A model generated the notes under the pieces. That model was not told the DNA's origin and did not search any database. It was given only the letters and a program-made list of their open reading frames with translations. Positions 26,401 to 40,541 of a stretch of DNA of 64,000 nucleotides are shown one piece after another; the stretch's first letter is position 1, and each line of letters opens with the position of its first letter. Where the stretch lies: positions 372,001 to 436,000 of the forward strand of contig JBBPEB010000017.1 in the NCBI GenBank assembly GCA_039096225.1, in the 5' to 3' direction. The stretch comes from Blastocystis sp. Blastoise. Its lineage: Eukaryota > Protista > Bigyra: Opalinata. The position numbers were made by a program, and so were the translations under genes.

Positions 26401-28317
26401 ATGATACATATATTTGCGCTACTTCTCTTCATTTGGAGGATAAAGTCGTTGGGTATTCTACATCAACTTTGTTTTTTTATCACATATATAGATTTTTTTC
26501 AAAGTGTACCATTAATAAATCAGAATGGTGTATATTTATTGACGGCATCTGTACCTGACTTTGGTAATGAAACATTTTTGTTGGATATAAATTCGAAATA
26601 TATATTGATAAATGATCCTGATAAGATTTGTGAAGAAAAGAAATCAAATAAGATTCCAAAGAGTTTTTCAACTTATATTCAGACCTATTTGGTTATATTT
26701 AATAATATACAAGATAATGTGATGCCCTTTTATTTAAATGTTGAGAACAGTTCATATATATTTAGTAATGACACTCTTGGTGGTTGCTTTTCTCAAATTA
26801 ATTATCATTCGTATATTCTTTTATTAGAAACTTTTAATAAATATTTATTATATATATTTTAAATAAATATAATTGTAGTTCAACTAGAATTCCATCATAT
26901 TTGATGGATTTAGTCGAGACTATAGATGGTGTATTCTGTATGTTTCAATATAGAATTGTAATTATTGATATTATATAGCTATATTTTACTTTATGGAGCA
27001 TCAGAATTATACTTATTTTGATTTATCATTATCGCCTCCAACACCTTCCATTCATTTATATTATGATATAAACTCACCCTCTATTCTCTCATCAACTATT
27101 CCTACGGAACAATTATATTTATATAACAATGAACTTCATGAAGTACTCTCTCTATTTCCAGTATATGATATGCTTCTGTGTGGTCGATATGTATTTGGTA
27201 GTTATACAAATGTTTACCCAGCATATCTCTCTACAACTTCTTCATGTCTCTCAGTACCAAAACAATTGTTTAATAACATTATTAATTGGCTTCCAATAAC
27301 TTGTGACCTATCAAATTCTTCATATTGCTATTTAAATCATAATTATAATTCTTCAATTTCATTACCGACAATATCCTTTCGTTTGACTCATGACGGACCT
27401 TCTGTCATCATTCCTCTCGATGATCTTCTCTTTTACTACGAAGGAAGGACAAGGTAAAATTATATTTTGTTTTTACACTCTAATATCTTAATGATATTAT
27501 TATTATGAATATTATATATATATAGGCTATGCTTACTGATAGAAGTTGAGAGTTCAAACAATCAAGTAATTTTATTGATTATCCTGATATTATATAGTAT
27601 CTATAGTATGCGTCGATTATATTTGGAACAAAGGTTCTAGAACATTTTCATGTAATTTATAATGATATAGATCGAAAATTCTATTGGTCTGATCGTTCGG
27701 TATATCTCTTTGTTTTCTTTTTATATTAATATCATTTCTTTTTATATAAATATAATTTCTATTTATATTAATATCATTCTCTTTCTATTAGTATCATTCT
27801 ATTTATATTAATATCATTCTATTTATATTAATATCATTCTATTTATATTAATATCATTCTTTTTACATTAATAGATTTCTCTTTCTATCATCATTACTTC
27901 TATATAGCTCGCTTCATCAAATTTACAGTGTGCTGCTGTGCGTCACTGTGTGACTGGCCAATGGTATGATACTATATCGAATGACTGTGAAGAGCCTCTC
28001 TGCGGGAAATATTTCTTCATGACGGTGTCTGCTGACCATGAATGTACTACAGTATATTCGTTTAACTTCCTCTCTCTTCCTATTCTCTATAGCATCCTGT
28101 TGTTGCTTGTCTTTTCTGGATACTTATTCTTAGTCTTGTTACTGTATCTATTTTTATCATATATTATTATTTATAACAGCATTGATACTTTCGTAATAAT
28201 AATAATAATAATATAATAATTATTATTATATATCTTTCTACATAGTGGGAATTTACTCAGTTTTATCAGATTCGAAAACAAAAGCAAAGTCTTAAACTTA
28301 ATAATCACAATGACTAA
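26401..28317 (+). CDS. Secreted or membrane-anchored pepsin-like (A1) fold protein, probably catalytically inactive
   Basis: Signal peptide, FLLDINSKY, AYLSTTSSCLSVP, LPTISF, IIFGTKVLEHFHVIY, a Cys-rich segment and a C-terminal hydrophobic helix. Confidence 0.6.
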
Positions 28318-29069
28318 GTATTCTTTCTTATCATTTATTCTTTTCAATTTTTTCTTTTCCTTTTATCCTATTTTACTTTTTTCATAAGGAATATTAGCTA
28401 TATTAATATTAGTTTGTTGTTACATTCAAGAAAATATTATTTATATGTATATGAATAACATTTATTTTCTTTCTTCGCCGTATACGATCTTTTATAAAAG
28501 ACAATTATTGAAAATATAAGCTCTATATATGATTAGAATATAATTCTAGTTTAAGCGATAGTTTCCTGTTCATATCTTCATTATCTTACTTTTCTCTTAA
28601 GCAATCTGGAAAATTATGATCTCAAGTATTTGTTTTACTAATAATCAACAGTTCTAGTTGAACATCGTCACATAATAGAAAGTATTAAGAACTCTATTTT
28701 TCATTATGTAACATAATTGTTCTTCATAAACTCGTATAAATGGTAGCATCATATTTCTTTAATAAATGTAGTTAAATCCACTAATTATAAAAGATAAATG
28801 TTTTTTCTATAAACAAATAATCGCTCATCAAGTTCTTCATAATTTTGTTCGTTCTTTTCTCTTCTTCAACCAAAAATAAAAACGGTTTTAATGGTAGAAA
28901 TAACATTTATCTTTCATTGGGTAGATTAGATAAACTAATAGTTTTTATTGGCTAAAACACCTTAAACGATGACACTATATTCATCAATGAACCTTTGTTT
29001 TAATACACTTGAGAATGTTGCTCCATTTTAAAAATATACTATTATTTATTGTGTGATACATTATTATTG

Positions 29070-30893
29070 ATGGAAACAAAACCTGAAGTAACTGAAACTA
29101 AGGTAGAAGTACAACCTGAAGTTGCTAATCCTCCTGAAGTTAAAAAGAAGTGCAATTTAGGATCTAATCCACCATTATGGCTTGTTCATGTTGCTTGTGC
29201 TTGTGTACAGTTAGCTTTTGGACTTGGTACCGTTGTCGGTAAATCTGCTCTTGCTGCTATGCCTGCTTTAATTTTTGCTTTTTATCGTGAATTATTTGCT
29301 GGTATTATTCTTATGGCTATTTGCTTAATAAAAAGATTACCTCTTCCTAAAGGTAAAGATTGGTTTAGATTTATGTTAACTGGTCTTTTTTTATATGGTA
29401 ATCAATGTTTAGTCACTGTTGGCTTATCTTATTCTCCTGCTCATGTAAATGCTATTTGGCAAGTATGTTCTTTAAATAATAGTTAAAATAATAATATATA
29501 ATATATTTATATATTTATTGAATTTATTAAATTTATTATTATTATTATTGTATAGCCTTCTCAGCCTATTTTTACTGTTGCTATTGCAATTATGATTAAG
29601 TACGAAAAGGCTACTGTTAAGAAGCTTGTTGGTGTTGCTTTCGCTACAGCTGGTGCCCTTGTTGTATGTTTTTATATATATATATATGTTTTTATATATA
29701 TATGAATGTTAAATATTATTATTATTTTTTATTGATTATCATTAATTATGGAATATCAACTTTATTTCTAGATCACTATTTTATCAACAACAAGTTCTGT
29801 TGATTCCAAGAATCTTATTATCGCTTCTATTTGTTATTTCTTCAACTGTCTGTCTACATCTCTTTATGTTGTATATATGTTGATTTCTATTGTTGTTTAT
29901 TAGAATACTATAATAATTGTCTTCAAGTCATTAGTGATATAATTCAATATATAGATTGCTTCTAAACCTCTTGTTAAGAAATATAATCCTATCGTAGTTA
30001 CATCAGTCTCTTATATCTTTGGTACTATTCTTATGATGATCACTGCTGTCTGCATGTTTGCTGGTATATATATACTTATATATGTTTATATATGCTTATA
30101 TATGATTAATTTTATCTTCTTCTATCTCTCTATCTATCACTCTATTTCTCTAGTTTTCTATTATTCTCTATTTCTATATCTATCTATCTCTATTTCTCTT
30201 AGGTCAATCGGACAAGTGGGGTATACCTGCTGATGGTATTTGGCAATTATGTTATTGGGTATTAATTAGTAGTGTCCTCGCTTATTTATTGATGACTTGG
30301 GCTAATAAGTTCGTAGATTCTTCTGTTGTAAGTGCTTATACTACATTCCAACCCATCACATCTTTTACTTTTGGAGCCATCTTCCTTGGAGAAGTATATA
30401 TATAGATTTATATATATCTTTATGTATGATCTCTGACTATCTCTGTTAAATATAATTTATTTTTCAATTTTTAAATCTTTTCTTTTTATTATTTCATTAT
30501 TTATTATTCATATATTCATTCATCTATCTATACTTTTTTTATTTCTAGTCTCTTATTTGGCCTGATCTAGGTGCTATTCTTATTATTGGAGGCCTTATTC
30601 TCATTATTTGGGATTCTGTTGAAACTAAGAAGAAAGAAGAAGAAAACTCTAAGTTGGCTAGTTTAACTTCAAATGCTCAATCTACTAGTGGAGCAATAGA
30701 AGCGAAAGATACCGAAACAGTAAAAGTTCAAGTCGATAGCTATGTAGCTCCTGTAGCTCCTGTAGCTCCTATTGTTGCTCCTGTAGCTCCTGTAACTACT
30801 GTAGTTCCTACCCCTGTTGATGCTCCTGCTCCTGCTGCTCCTGTTGCTCCTGCTCCTGCTTCTGCTTCTGCTTCTGCTCCTGGCACGATTTAA
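29070..30893 (+). CDS. EamA/DMT-superfamily transporter (WAT1-like) with Ala/Pro/Val-rich tail
   Basis: Two EamA halves: FAFYRELFAGIIL, QPSQPIFT, AYLLMTWANKFVDSSVVSAYTTFQPI..IFLGE. Confidence 0.9.
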
Positions 30894-31832
30894 GAAGATT
30901 CTGTTTCTACGAGTTAAAAGTTATGTTATATTTTATATCAATATTTATTATATATTACTTTATTGATATATTTAATAAACATTCTTTGATTTTTTCTCTT
31001 TGAAATTAGTTGAATATGTTATATTTAGTTGTGTATTTATTATTATTTTAATTCAGGAATTATTCATTCTTTTTAAACTGTTACTTTTCATTTACGACAT
31101 TTATTACTTAATTTTGTAAAAGCAAATTATTACTTTAAAAAAAACGATATGTAATAAGTTTCTTCTAAATATATTGAATATAAATTATTGAATGTCTACT
31201 TTAATAGTTATATTTCTAGTTGATAACATTAAGTAATAATATGAAACAAAAAAACAAAACAATAAATAAATAAATAAATTTATACAGACTTTTGTATATA
31301 CAGAAGACAAAAAGATAATATGAAGTACAAAAGCATGATTAATGCAAAAAAATAAATAGATTTTAAATAGATTTATAAATATGAAATATATAAATTTGTA
31401 TATATATAAAGCCATAATATCCATGAATACCTATTATATCTATTAATAAGAATATATGTATATGTATTAATATATAGAGTATGCTATAATGGATTGCCAG
31501 AGCAAATAATAAAAATAAGGATATAGATGAATTGTTTATTAATATAGCAATATAATATAGAAATAGAAGATCAGGAGGGATCTAAATAAACAATTTTTAT
31601 AAATGAAAAATAAAAAAAAAGAGATATAGAACTCCGAGAAAAGGTAAAAAACCGAAAAGACGTCAAATAAAATGAATATATGAATAAAATGACAACAAGA
31701 AAACATAAAGAAATGAAAATAATCTAAAATAATTAAAAAAGAAAAAGAAAAAGAGAGAGGAAAAATAGTTATGTATATAAATATAATATTAAAGAAGAAA
31801 AGAGTAGAGATCAAAATCTATAAGTATTTCCT

Positions 31833-32502
31833 TTAGAGAAGAGGATCTTGGAAAAATTGAGATTTCTTTTCATAATAAATATAAGGGTTAGGTGTGAAAT
31901 GAGGAGGAAGATTCATGTTTATAGAAGGATTCATATTGATTGAATTCTCTTTGTTGACGCCTTGTGAATTAGCTGGATAACCCGAGAAACTGGAGAAACT
32001 AGGGAATCCATATCTGGGAACAGCTGTTTCCATAGAATAAGGATGTGGTGTAGAGACGGAAAGAGAGGGGGTAAGGGGTGTATCTGTATGAATAGGATTC
32101 ATAGAGGAGAGAGTATAATTGAGGGGAGCAGGAGAAGGGGTAGATCGATATATATACGAGGAATTAGAAGGAAGAGAATTCATAGAAGGAGAAGGATAGT
32201 TATAATTATGATAAGAAGGATTGACATAAGGATCTTGATAGGAATTCATTCCCAGAACACTCATAGAAGAATCTTGTCGGAAGAAGCTGGGTTGTATGGC
32301 CGCTCCAAGAGATGAAGAGGAATTCATGTGATTCAAATATTTAGAATCCATTATAGGCTCTGATATGGTATCTATATCATATATAATATAATAGGATGAA
32401 ATGAAATTAAAGAAAAAAATAATAGAAATATATATAATAAAATAAATAAATAATAAATAAATAAATAAATAAATAAAAAAAAAAATAAACTAAATAAAAA
32501 AA

Positions 32503-32533
<31 letters not shown>

Positions 32534-33310
32534 ATTAAAAAAAAAAATAAATAAATTAAAAAATACTGTTCATCATATTAGGTTGTGAATTATTATTATT
32601 ATTATTGTTATTACTATTATTATCATTGTTCATTGTATTATTTAAAGTGACATTTTGTTGTGCGTTACTTGTATTCATAGTATTGCTAGCATTACTGGTA
32701 TTACTGTTACTTGTAGTTAAGGGACTTCTGTCGGAGAGAGATCCCGCCACGGATTTGGCGGTATTATTCATTAATGTAGGAGTCATGGCTCTATTTGTGT
32801 TCATATTTGTATTTATAGTAGTAGAAGCAATGGAGGTAGAAGAAGGAGGAATGGAAGTAACGTTGCTCACAGCCGCGGGAATCAGAGAGGGAGTTGTGAC
32901 GGGACCATGTGTGTTGGAGGGCGTATTTGCCGCGGAGCTGACGCTGCTGTTGCTACTCACGGCAGCGGAGTTCGAGGCCATGGCGGGAGTCATGAGGAGA
33001 CTGGTATTGAGTTGGCGGCAATCCGGAATATCCCCGGGAAGTTTAATGATCTCTACATATTCCTTTTCAGGTGTGTGTAAATAACCATTACATCGTAATT
33101 GGTTTGCAGAAGTACAATCACAATTAAGTACAGGAAGTACAGTACAGAGGAAGTGCGTGGGTCTTCCCTTTTCGTTCCGAAGGAGAGAGAGAGAGAAGAG
33201 AACAGGCTTTATAGTACCTTTAATATAACAATGACGTAAGATACTTTGATAAACACATTTCTGTTCTGCATCGTAAGGAAGATTCAGCATATACGACCAG
33301 GATCTAAAGA

Positions 33311-33362
<52 letters not shown>

Positions 33363-34629
33363 TATATATATGTATACCCAAATGCACAAGGAAGATCATC
33401 GGGATGAGCAAAACGAAATAAAGAGAGATCTTTTAGTTTCTCCAATTGAATATCTAAGAGTCTAAAGAGAGATGATATATATGAGCATATATATATATAT
33501 ATAATGATTATGAATAAATATACTGTTTGAATTGAAGATTTGCATTAATAAATTGACCATCGGTACTTAATATAGCTTGAGGAATACTATTTTGAAGGAA
33601 TAAAACATGGTAGTTTATATTCACAGAGTGGACACTCTCATTTACTTCATCTAATCGATTCTTAGCACGCTTTTCAGCATCTTTAACAAGTGTGCTTAAA
33701 TTAGCAATCTGACCTTTCAGTTGTTTAATAAAGTGAACTGTCTCTGTTAAAATATTAATCTTGTTCTTACCAATAATAATACCACTATTCTATATATATT
33801 TATATATTAGTTTATGTAATATACACATAAAAAAATATATAATAATAAATATAATAAAAATAATAAATATATATATAATAAATATAATAAATATAATAAA
33901 TATAATAAATATAATAAATATAATAAATATAATAAATATAATAAATATAATAAATATAATAAACATAATAAACATACATCTAGGAGTTCATAAAGATCTT
34001 TAATTTGTTGATTCATCTTAGCTACACGTTTTTTCTCAGATATATTGTGATCTAAAATGAAAGTAATATTATAATTAAAAAAACAGAATCATAATTTTTA
34101 AATACTAGAATGAAAGAAATATTTATAATAAACATACAAGCAGAGTGTTTCTTTGGAAAATTGTCTTTATCCATATCATCAAAAACTCTATAAAGTAAGA
34201 CAAAAAATAAATATTAGATACAAAAAAAAAAGATGAATACGAAAAATGTAATCATTAAATAAAAAAAGATTTCTTATAGCAATATTAATATAAATATACG
34301 AGTCTCTTCCAGCATTAACACTATTAAAATCAATATTAACACTATTTCCATCACTTGTCATTTTATTTTCAGAATCTTCTTTATCATCTATAAGAAAACA
34401 GATTCATCTAGACTAGCATTTAAAACCTAAATATATACCATCAATATCCATTTGAAAATCATCATCAGAAAGACCATTTTTATCAGAACCTTTCACTGGT
34501 TTTTCAAAGCTATTTCTTTCTGCGTCAGCTATATAAAATAAAAATGTATAAGGTCTAGCTCAACTTACGATTATGGTATGAAGACCCAAAAAGGACTTCA
34601 GATATTGATATACAGTTTTGATCATTCAT
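31833..34629 (-). CDS. bHLH-PAS transcription factor
   Basis: HNISEKKRVAKMNQQIKDLYELL..KINILTETVHFIKQL (bHLH); STDGQFINANLQF..LFRFAHPDD (PAS); Ser/Asn/Pro-rich tail. Confidence 0.8.
33860..33970. repeat. Intronic 9-bp tandem repeat (AAATATAAT)n
   Basis: About 10 direct units inside a bHLH intron. Confidence 0.9.
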
Positions 34630-35988
34630 TGCGTAACGATTATATTGAGAATCAAAATATGACATTACTGATAATTTTCAATAGCTTCTTTTTATCTAAA
34701 TATTACAGTAGAAGTTATCTTCTGAATAATTATAAGAAAAAATAAATATGAATCTGTTTCTAGAGTTTAAAAACACTCCTAATAAGAATGGAATTCCAGG
34801 GTAATTTTAATATTTTGACTAGAATACTCAAATATTCCAGGATTAAAAACTGTTCACTTTCTTTTTATAAACAAAATTCATAGACTCTTTATGAATTGAT
34901 ATAAAAGCGATATAGATAAAAGAATTCATTAGAGTATTACAAGAATGACATATAATTGCTTTTAAAGAAAATGAGTAATTTGTCAAATCTAGTTCATCCC
35001 ACTCGTTATCAGTAAATTTTGTTTCTTTTATACTTGAACATCTTTGGAAAATACAGCTATCCGTAAATTGATAATTATAGCTTTATATAGATATTTTTTT
35101 GATATATATTAATTGAAATTTAAGAGTATGAAACAATGGTTGCTGATTATAGTAGTGATAAATAATGATACAAAAAAAAAAATCGTTTTCTGATACTCCT
35201 ATGGAGTCAATAGACTCTTTTGCTATTCTTTTTTCTTCAAATTAGTTTATTTAATGAATTGAAAATCAATGGAAAGTATGATACATTTTATTTTCCTGAA
35301 ACATATATACATCTATATTTGAAAGCAACAATAAGTTTTTTTCATTTTCAAAACGCAATTCAATGATTCGTTTGACCATTCTCTTTAAACCCTATATATT
35401 TATATACTAATGAACCTTAACAGTACTTTAAGTATCATAGAAGAATATTTGAAACAATTTCATGTATTATGTTGAGTGAAAAGAATGAATCATCGATGTT
35501 CGCTCCAATAATTGTTTTTTTGTTATCAATATGAAAATAAATACTAAATAGATCGAAATCTCTATTAACTCAAGCAGATAAGCTTATATTATGCAAATAA
35601 CCTTTATTTCTGTTAGAAAGACAGAAAAAAAGAGTTTTAAAAAGATGAATTCACATGACTCTTTGCGTTGTTGCGAATAAAGTTATTACACGTTTGACAA
35701 TTGTTCTATTTCTTATTACGTCAAAATATTAAATCAAATAATAATAATAAGAATTGAAAAACGTCATCAATTTTTCTTACGAACGTCTTCTTATGTAAGG
35801 GACAACATAAATCATGTTTTCAAGAATGATTGGATATTTTCAAAATAAGCCAATGAAATACTGAGTATGCATCATTGACAAAATTACGTAAGACAATATT
35901 TATAGTCTATAAAAGTTTAAAATGGAGAATAAGCATTATCATATATTTTATTTTATTTGTAACTTTTCAAAACTACTTAATTCACCAA

Positions 35989-37923
35989 ATGGAATATAAA
36001 GCTGATCGTTACAGAGCTATAAACATTAATGATATTTGTGAAATTCGTGATTGTGGTGATATGGAAACCTACAAGCCTAATGTCATACCTAAGTTGTTCA
36101 AAAAGATGGCATTAGAGAATCCTGATCACATTGCTGTTATTGAAGCTAATCAACATGAAGTTACTTTTAGAGATTATTGGAATCTTGGTAATAAATTCGC
36201 TAAATCCCTTGTAGCTAATGGTCTTCAACCATTTGATGTAGTCTCTGCTATTGGTTTCAATTCTTTAGAGTATTTGACTGTTTTGTCTTCCTCTTCTCTT
36301 GCTGGTTGTTGTACTAGTGGTATTTATACTACGAATAGTCCTGAAGCTTGCTTTTATGTCTTGAATCACTGTTCTGCTAAGATTATCGTTGTTGAAGGTG
36401 AGAAACAATTATCTAAAATTATAGAGATTCGTGAACGACTTCCTTTATTAAAACGTATTGTTGTATATAATCGTGGTAATCTTCATAATCTTCCTGAAAA
36501 TAAGCCAAATTGTGCTACTGTATGTTTTTGGGAAGATTTTATAGAAGAAGGTAAAGATGTTCCTAATTCTGTAATTGATGAAAGAGTTAATAATTTAAAT
36601 CCTGGTCAATGTCTTACTATTATTTATACTAGTGGTACTACAGGTAATCCTAAGGGTGCTATGCTTTCTCATGATAATGTTATTTGGACTGTTGAAATAG
36701 TTGATAAAGATCTTGGTTTATCTACAAAGGACAGACTTGTTAGTTTCTTACCTTTGAATCATATTGCTGCTTCTATGATGGATTGTTATGCTTGTATCTT
36801 AAAAGGTTTAACTGTTTATATGGCTCAATCTGATGCTTTAAAAGGTTCTTTAGTAAAAACATTACATTTAGCTAGACCTACTATTTTCCTTACAGTTCCT
36901 CGTGTTTTTGAAAAGATGATGGATGTAATGAAAAAGAAGATGAATACTATGAAAGGAATTAAAAAGATACTTGCTAATTGGGCTAGAAGGAAGTCTATAA
37001 AGATGATGGATCATTGTCAATATGGTTCAAAGACTTCTAAACCTTCCTTCTTTGGTTTATGTCAAAAACTTGTATTAAATAAAGTAAAAGTAACTTTAGG
37101 TTTAGATCAAGCACGTATATTATATTCTGCTGCTGCTCCTATTGATCCAGAAACTATTCGTTTCTTTGGTAACTTTGATTTACATATTAATGAATTATTT
37201 GGTCAATCTGAAAGTTGTGGTCCAATTACATATACAAAAACAAATTATTGGAAAATAGGTACATGTGGTCGTGCTATGTCCAATTCAACAGTAAAATTAG
37301 ATTCTTGTTCTGGTGAATTATTAGCTTATGGAAGAAATATATTTATGGGTTATTTACATATGCCTGATTTAACTTATCAAGCTATTGATAATGATGGATT
37401 TGTTCATACTGGAGATATTGCTTCTGCTGATTCTGATGGATTCTATACTATTACTGGACGTATTAAAGAACTTATTATTACTGCTGGAGGTGAAAATATA
37501 CCTCCAATTCTTATTGAAAATGAAATTAGAAATATGTCTAATGCTATTTCTAATGTTGTTCTTATTGGAGATAAACGTAAATATTTATCCATTCTTATAA
37601 CATTAAAATGTCAAACAGATCCTGATTCTGGCCGTTTACTTGATGATTTACATCCTGAAGCTCTTGAAATCATGAAACAAATTGGATCTCCTGTTACTAC
37701 ATTATCTGCTGCTAGTGATTGCCCTATTGTTGCTAACTATTTCACTTCTATTCTTCAAGATTATAACAAAGTAGCTACTAGTCAAGCTCAAAAGGTTCAA
37801 CGTTTTGCTTTATTAAAACATGACTTTAGCTTACAAACTGGAGAATTAACACCTACTTTAAAATTGAAAAGAGGCGCTATTTTCTCTATGTACTCTGATG
37901 TTATTGAACAATTATATCAATAA
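35989..37923 (+). CDS. Long-chain fatty acyl-CoA synthetase (ACSBG/bubblegum-like), intronless
   Basis: IIYTSGTTGNPKGAMLSHDN, SFLPLNHIAA, FGQSE, HTGDI, ITGRIKELIITAGGENIPP and GELTPTLKLKR. Confidence 0.95.
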   Translation: MEYKADRYRAININDICEIRDCGDMETYKPNVIPKLFKKMALENPDHIAVIEANQHEVTFRDYWNLGNKFAKSLVANGLQPFDVVSAIGFNSLEYLTVLSSSSLAGCCTSGIYTTNSPEACFYVLNHCSAKIIVVEGEKQLSKIIEIRERLPLLKRIVVYNRGNLHNLPENKPNCATVCFWEDFIEEGKDVPNSVIDERVNNLNPGQCLTIIYTSGTTGNPKGAMLSHDNVIWTVEIVDKDLGLSTKDRLVSFLPLNHIAASMMDCYACILKGLTVYMAQSDALKGSLVKTLHLARPTIFLTVPRVFEKMMDVMKKKMNTMKGIKKILANWARRKSIKMMDHCQYGSKTSKPSFFGLCQKLVLNKVKVTLGLDQARILYSAAAPIDPETIRFFGNFDLHINELFGQSESCGPITYTKTNYWKIGTCGRAMSNSTVKLDSCSGELLAYGRNIFMGYLHMPDLTYQAIDNDGFVHTGDIASADSDGFYTITGRIKELIITAGGENIPPILIENEIRNMSNAISNVVLIGDKRKYLSILITLKCQTDPDSGRLLDDLHPEALEIMKQIGSPVTTLSAASDCPIVANYFTSILQDYNKVATSQAQKVQRFALLKHDFSLQTGELTPTLKLKRGAIFSMYSDVIEQLYQ

Positions 37924-38484
37924 ATTATTTTATATTCTATTCTATATATATATATGCTTTTAAAATAATCGATTATGTATACATAAAATATCATTTAGTA
38001 TATTGTATCATTTCTATTATTCTTTCTTTTATTAATCACTTTAGCTTCTACTTTCTGAAATTAGTTTTCTTTTCCTCTTTAGTTCTTTTTTTTTCAATTG
38101 TTATTAACAAAAATGTATTGATTCATTATTCTTGTTTTGTTTTCAAATAGCTATTCTTTAAAATTTTCATTTCATAATCTCTCATTTAATACATATTATT
38201 TTTTTAATGACTTATACTTAATAACATGTATCTTTTTCAATAATCTTAAATTCAAAAACACACACATATAAATTTGTCTGCAAATGTTTTTCGTTTTTCT
38301 TTTCCTAGCTATTTTATTGGCTCATTCATATAAAAGAATCAATCAAATTATTTCAACCACATTCCCGTGGAAATCAAATAGATTTCTCCATGGTTTTCTG
38401 ACTCCATTTGATGGCTTTGTTTTTTCTTTATAAAAGATTATAATCTTGTTTCATAATTTCAATCTAATTTGATTCTTATTGAAA

Positions 38485-40228
38485 ATGATATCTTTAATTA
38501 TCTTCTTCCTCTCTTTACAACTTGTTTTATCTCGAGGTATTATTATTCTCGTTCATTCAATGATTTTTATTATTTTTTTCTCTTATTAGACTGTGGTGCT
38601 ATGAAGACTGAATGCTTTTACAATGGTTTCGCTAAAGATTGTATATATCATAATTATATATAATATACTTGAATATTTATTATTTTCATATTTTTTTTGT
38701 AAACAAATATCATTTATTCTTTAGCTATGGATCAAACATTCTCTTTTGTTGGAGATATATCAAATAATGTTGTAGGAATGGATGTGTATAAATCATATTA
38801 TGAAGGTGAAGGTTGTCAAGGAAATCCATATCTTACTTTTGTTGAAAAGTATTTTTAATTTGTTCAATAAATATTTTTTTTTTAATAATTATACTTGATA
38901 TATATATCATTTTAATTATTATTATAATAATATTATAATAATAATAATATTATAATAATAATAATAATATAATAATAATAATAATGATAATTATTAATAT
39001 ATATTTATAGAACTACAATTGTAGAAAATACAAAAGATGATGTGAGTATGTATTTCTTTGTTATCCTCATTATAAATAATGAATAACGAATAGTTTTATT
39101 TGATTTTACTATGAAATTATATACTTTTTTTATTCTTATTATATATCTATAGTGGATATATACAGTTTAAAGATTAACGATGTTACCATTCAAACGGATA
39201 ATGAGATGACTGTCGGTTCCCGCGGTATTTCATGCTCAACTGCTCTTCTGAATGGTGTCTCCTATTCCTTAGGGTATATACCATCTTACTTAATATCTAT
39301 TTTTTTTGAAATTTTATTTTCTCTCAATATATTAAAATTAATAATGCTATTGTAATACAATCTATATTTTTTAAATTTATTTTATATATTAATATTCATT
39401 TCGTTCTTTTTTTTTTAAATTCTATAATTCTTATATTACATCTTATTCTATAGTTATTCTAATATACTTGATTTCATTTTATTTATCATATTATTGTATT
39501 GATTATTCTTTATAGAAGTAACGTCTGTACTATTCGTGAAATGCCTTATACTCAACAATATGCCGATATGATTGGACATACTACGCAATATAGATTCAAC
39601 TATACTAGTATATACTTACTCATCCTTATTATACACTTATCTTATGTATCTCCTTTTCTTAAAACGAATTACTATTTCATTCATATATATGTATATAGAT
39701 GATGAAATCTTTGTATTACCTGGAAACTATAAACTCTCTGATGCTGGCAGCAAAGGTATATTATTCTATTTCTTATTTATTAAAATCGATGCATTTATGT
39801 ATTTATTATTCATTTTGTTTTACTGTTTTATAAAGATATTGTTTATCTATTTTTATGTTTTAAAAAATAAATTATTTCTTTCAATAATATAAAAATATGA
39901 TACTTTTATCTAATATACATTATTACTTTTCTTTTCATAACAATATATATATATATCTATTTAAATATATATATATTTTTACATTCTTACAATATTAGAT
40001 ATCTATGTTATATCTATTTATATATATTTTACATTATTTCTTACAATACTATATCTATGCATATATATATTTCGATATATTTTACATTATTTCTTACAAT
40101 ACTATATCTATGTATTTACACTTCTAGGTTGTAACTACACGATAGCTATTACTATTGGTTCTGTTGTCGGTGGTTTAGTTGTTATTGTACTGATTGTTAT
40201 AGGCTGTATCGTCTGCAGAAGAAAGTAA
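38485..40228 (+). CDS. Uncharacterised type I membrane protein
   Basis: Signal peptide MISLIIFFLSLQLVLS, several short Cys-containing exons, and a terminal TM IAITIGSVVGGLVVIVLIVIGCIVC-RRK followed by stop. Confidence 0.7.
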
Positions 40229-40541
40229 TTCGCTTTTATACAAACACTCTCTTATCTATGTGTCTTCTTTTTATTCTTATCACTTAAGTACTTTATTCTT
40301 ATATACTATTTCCTGTTTCTCTTGTATAATATTTTAATAGAGTAGATATATATATATACACTTTTTTTGAATTCTATTTCAAAGTTCAATTTGTTGTTTT
40401 GTTTTTCGTACTACTTTTTTTTACCCTTTATTTCATTTAGAAACAAAATAAAACATTATAGTTCATTCGTAAAATAGTAAAGAGATAAGAATTAATAAAA
40501 AACTTCAAATAACATATAAAAAAAGTTATTCACGCATAATA

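Noticed and set aside
27371-27378. Other RTATCCTT matches (27371, 53600, 31517 minus strand) as U12 donors
   Set aside because: The first two sit inside open, motif-bearing exons, and the third lies downstream of a stop codon.
32605-33084. 159-aa plus-strand ORF
   Set aside because: It is the antisense shadow of the GC-richer Ser/Thr/Ala exon of the bHLH-PAS gene.
37921-37990. Blastocystis-type stop codons created by polyadenylation (TGTTTGTT motif)
   Set aside because: The gene ends I could resolve have genome-encoded stops, and I saw no such motif directly downstream.
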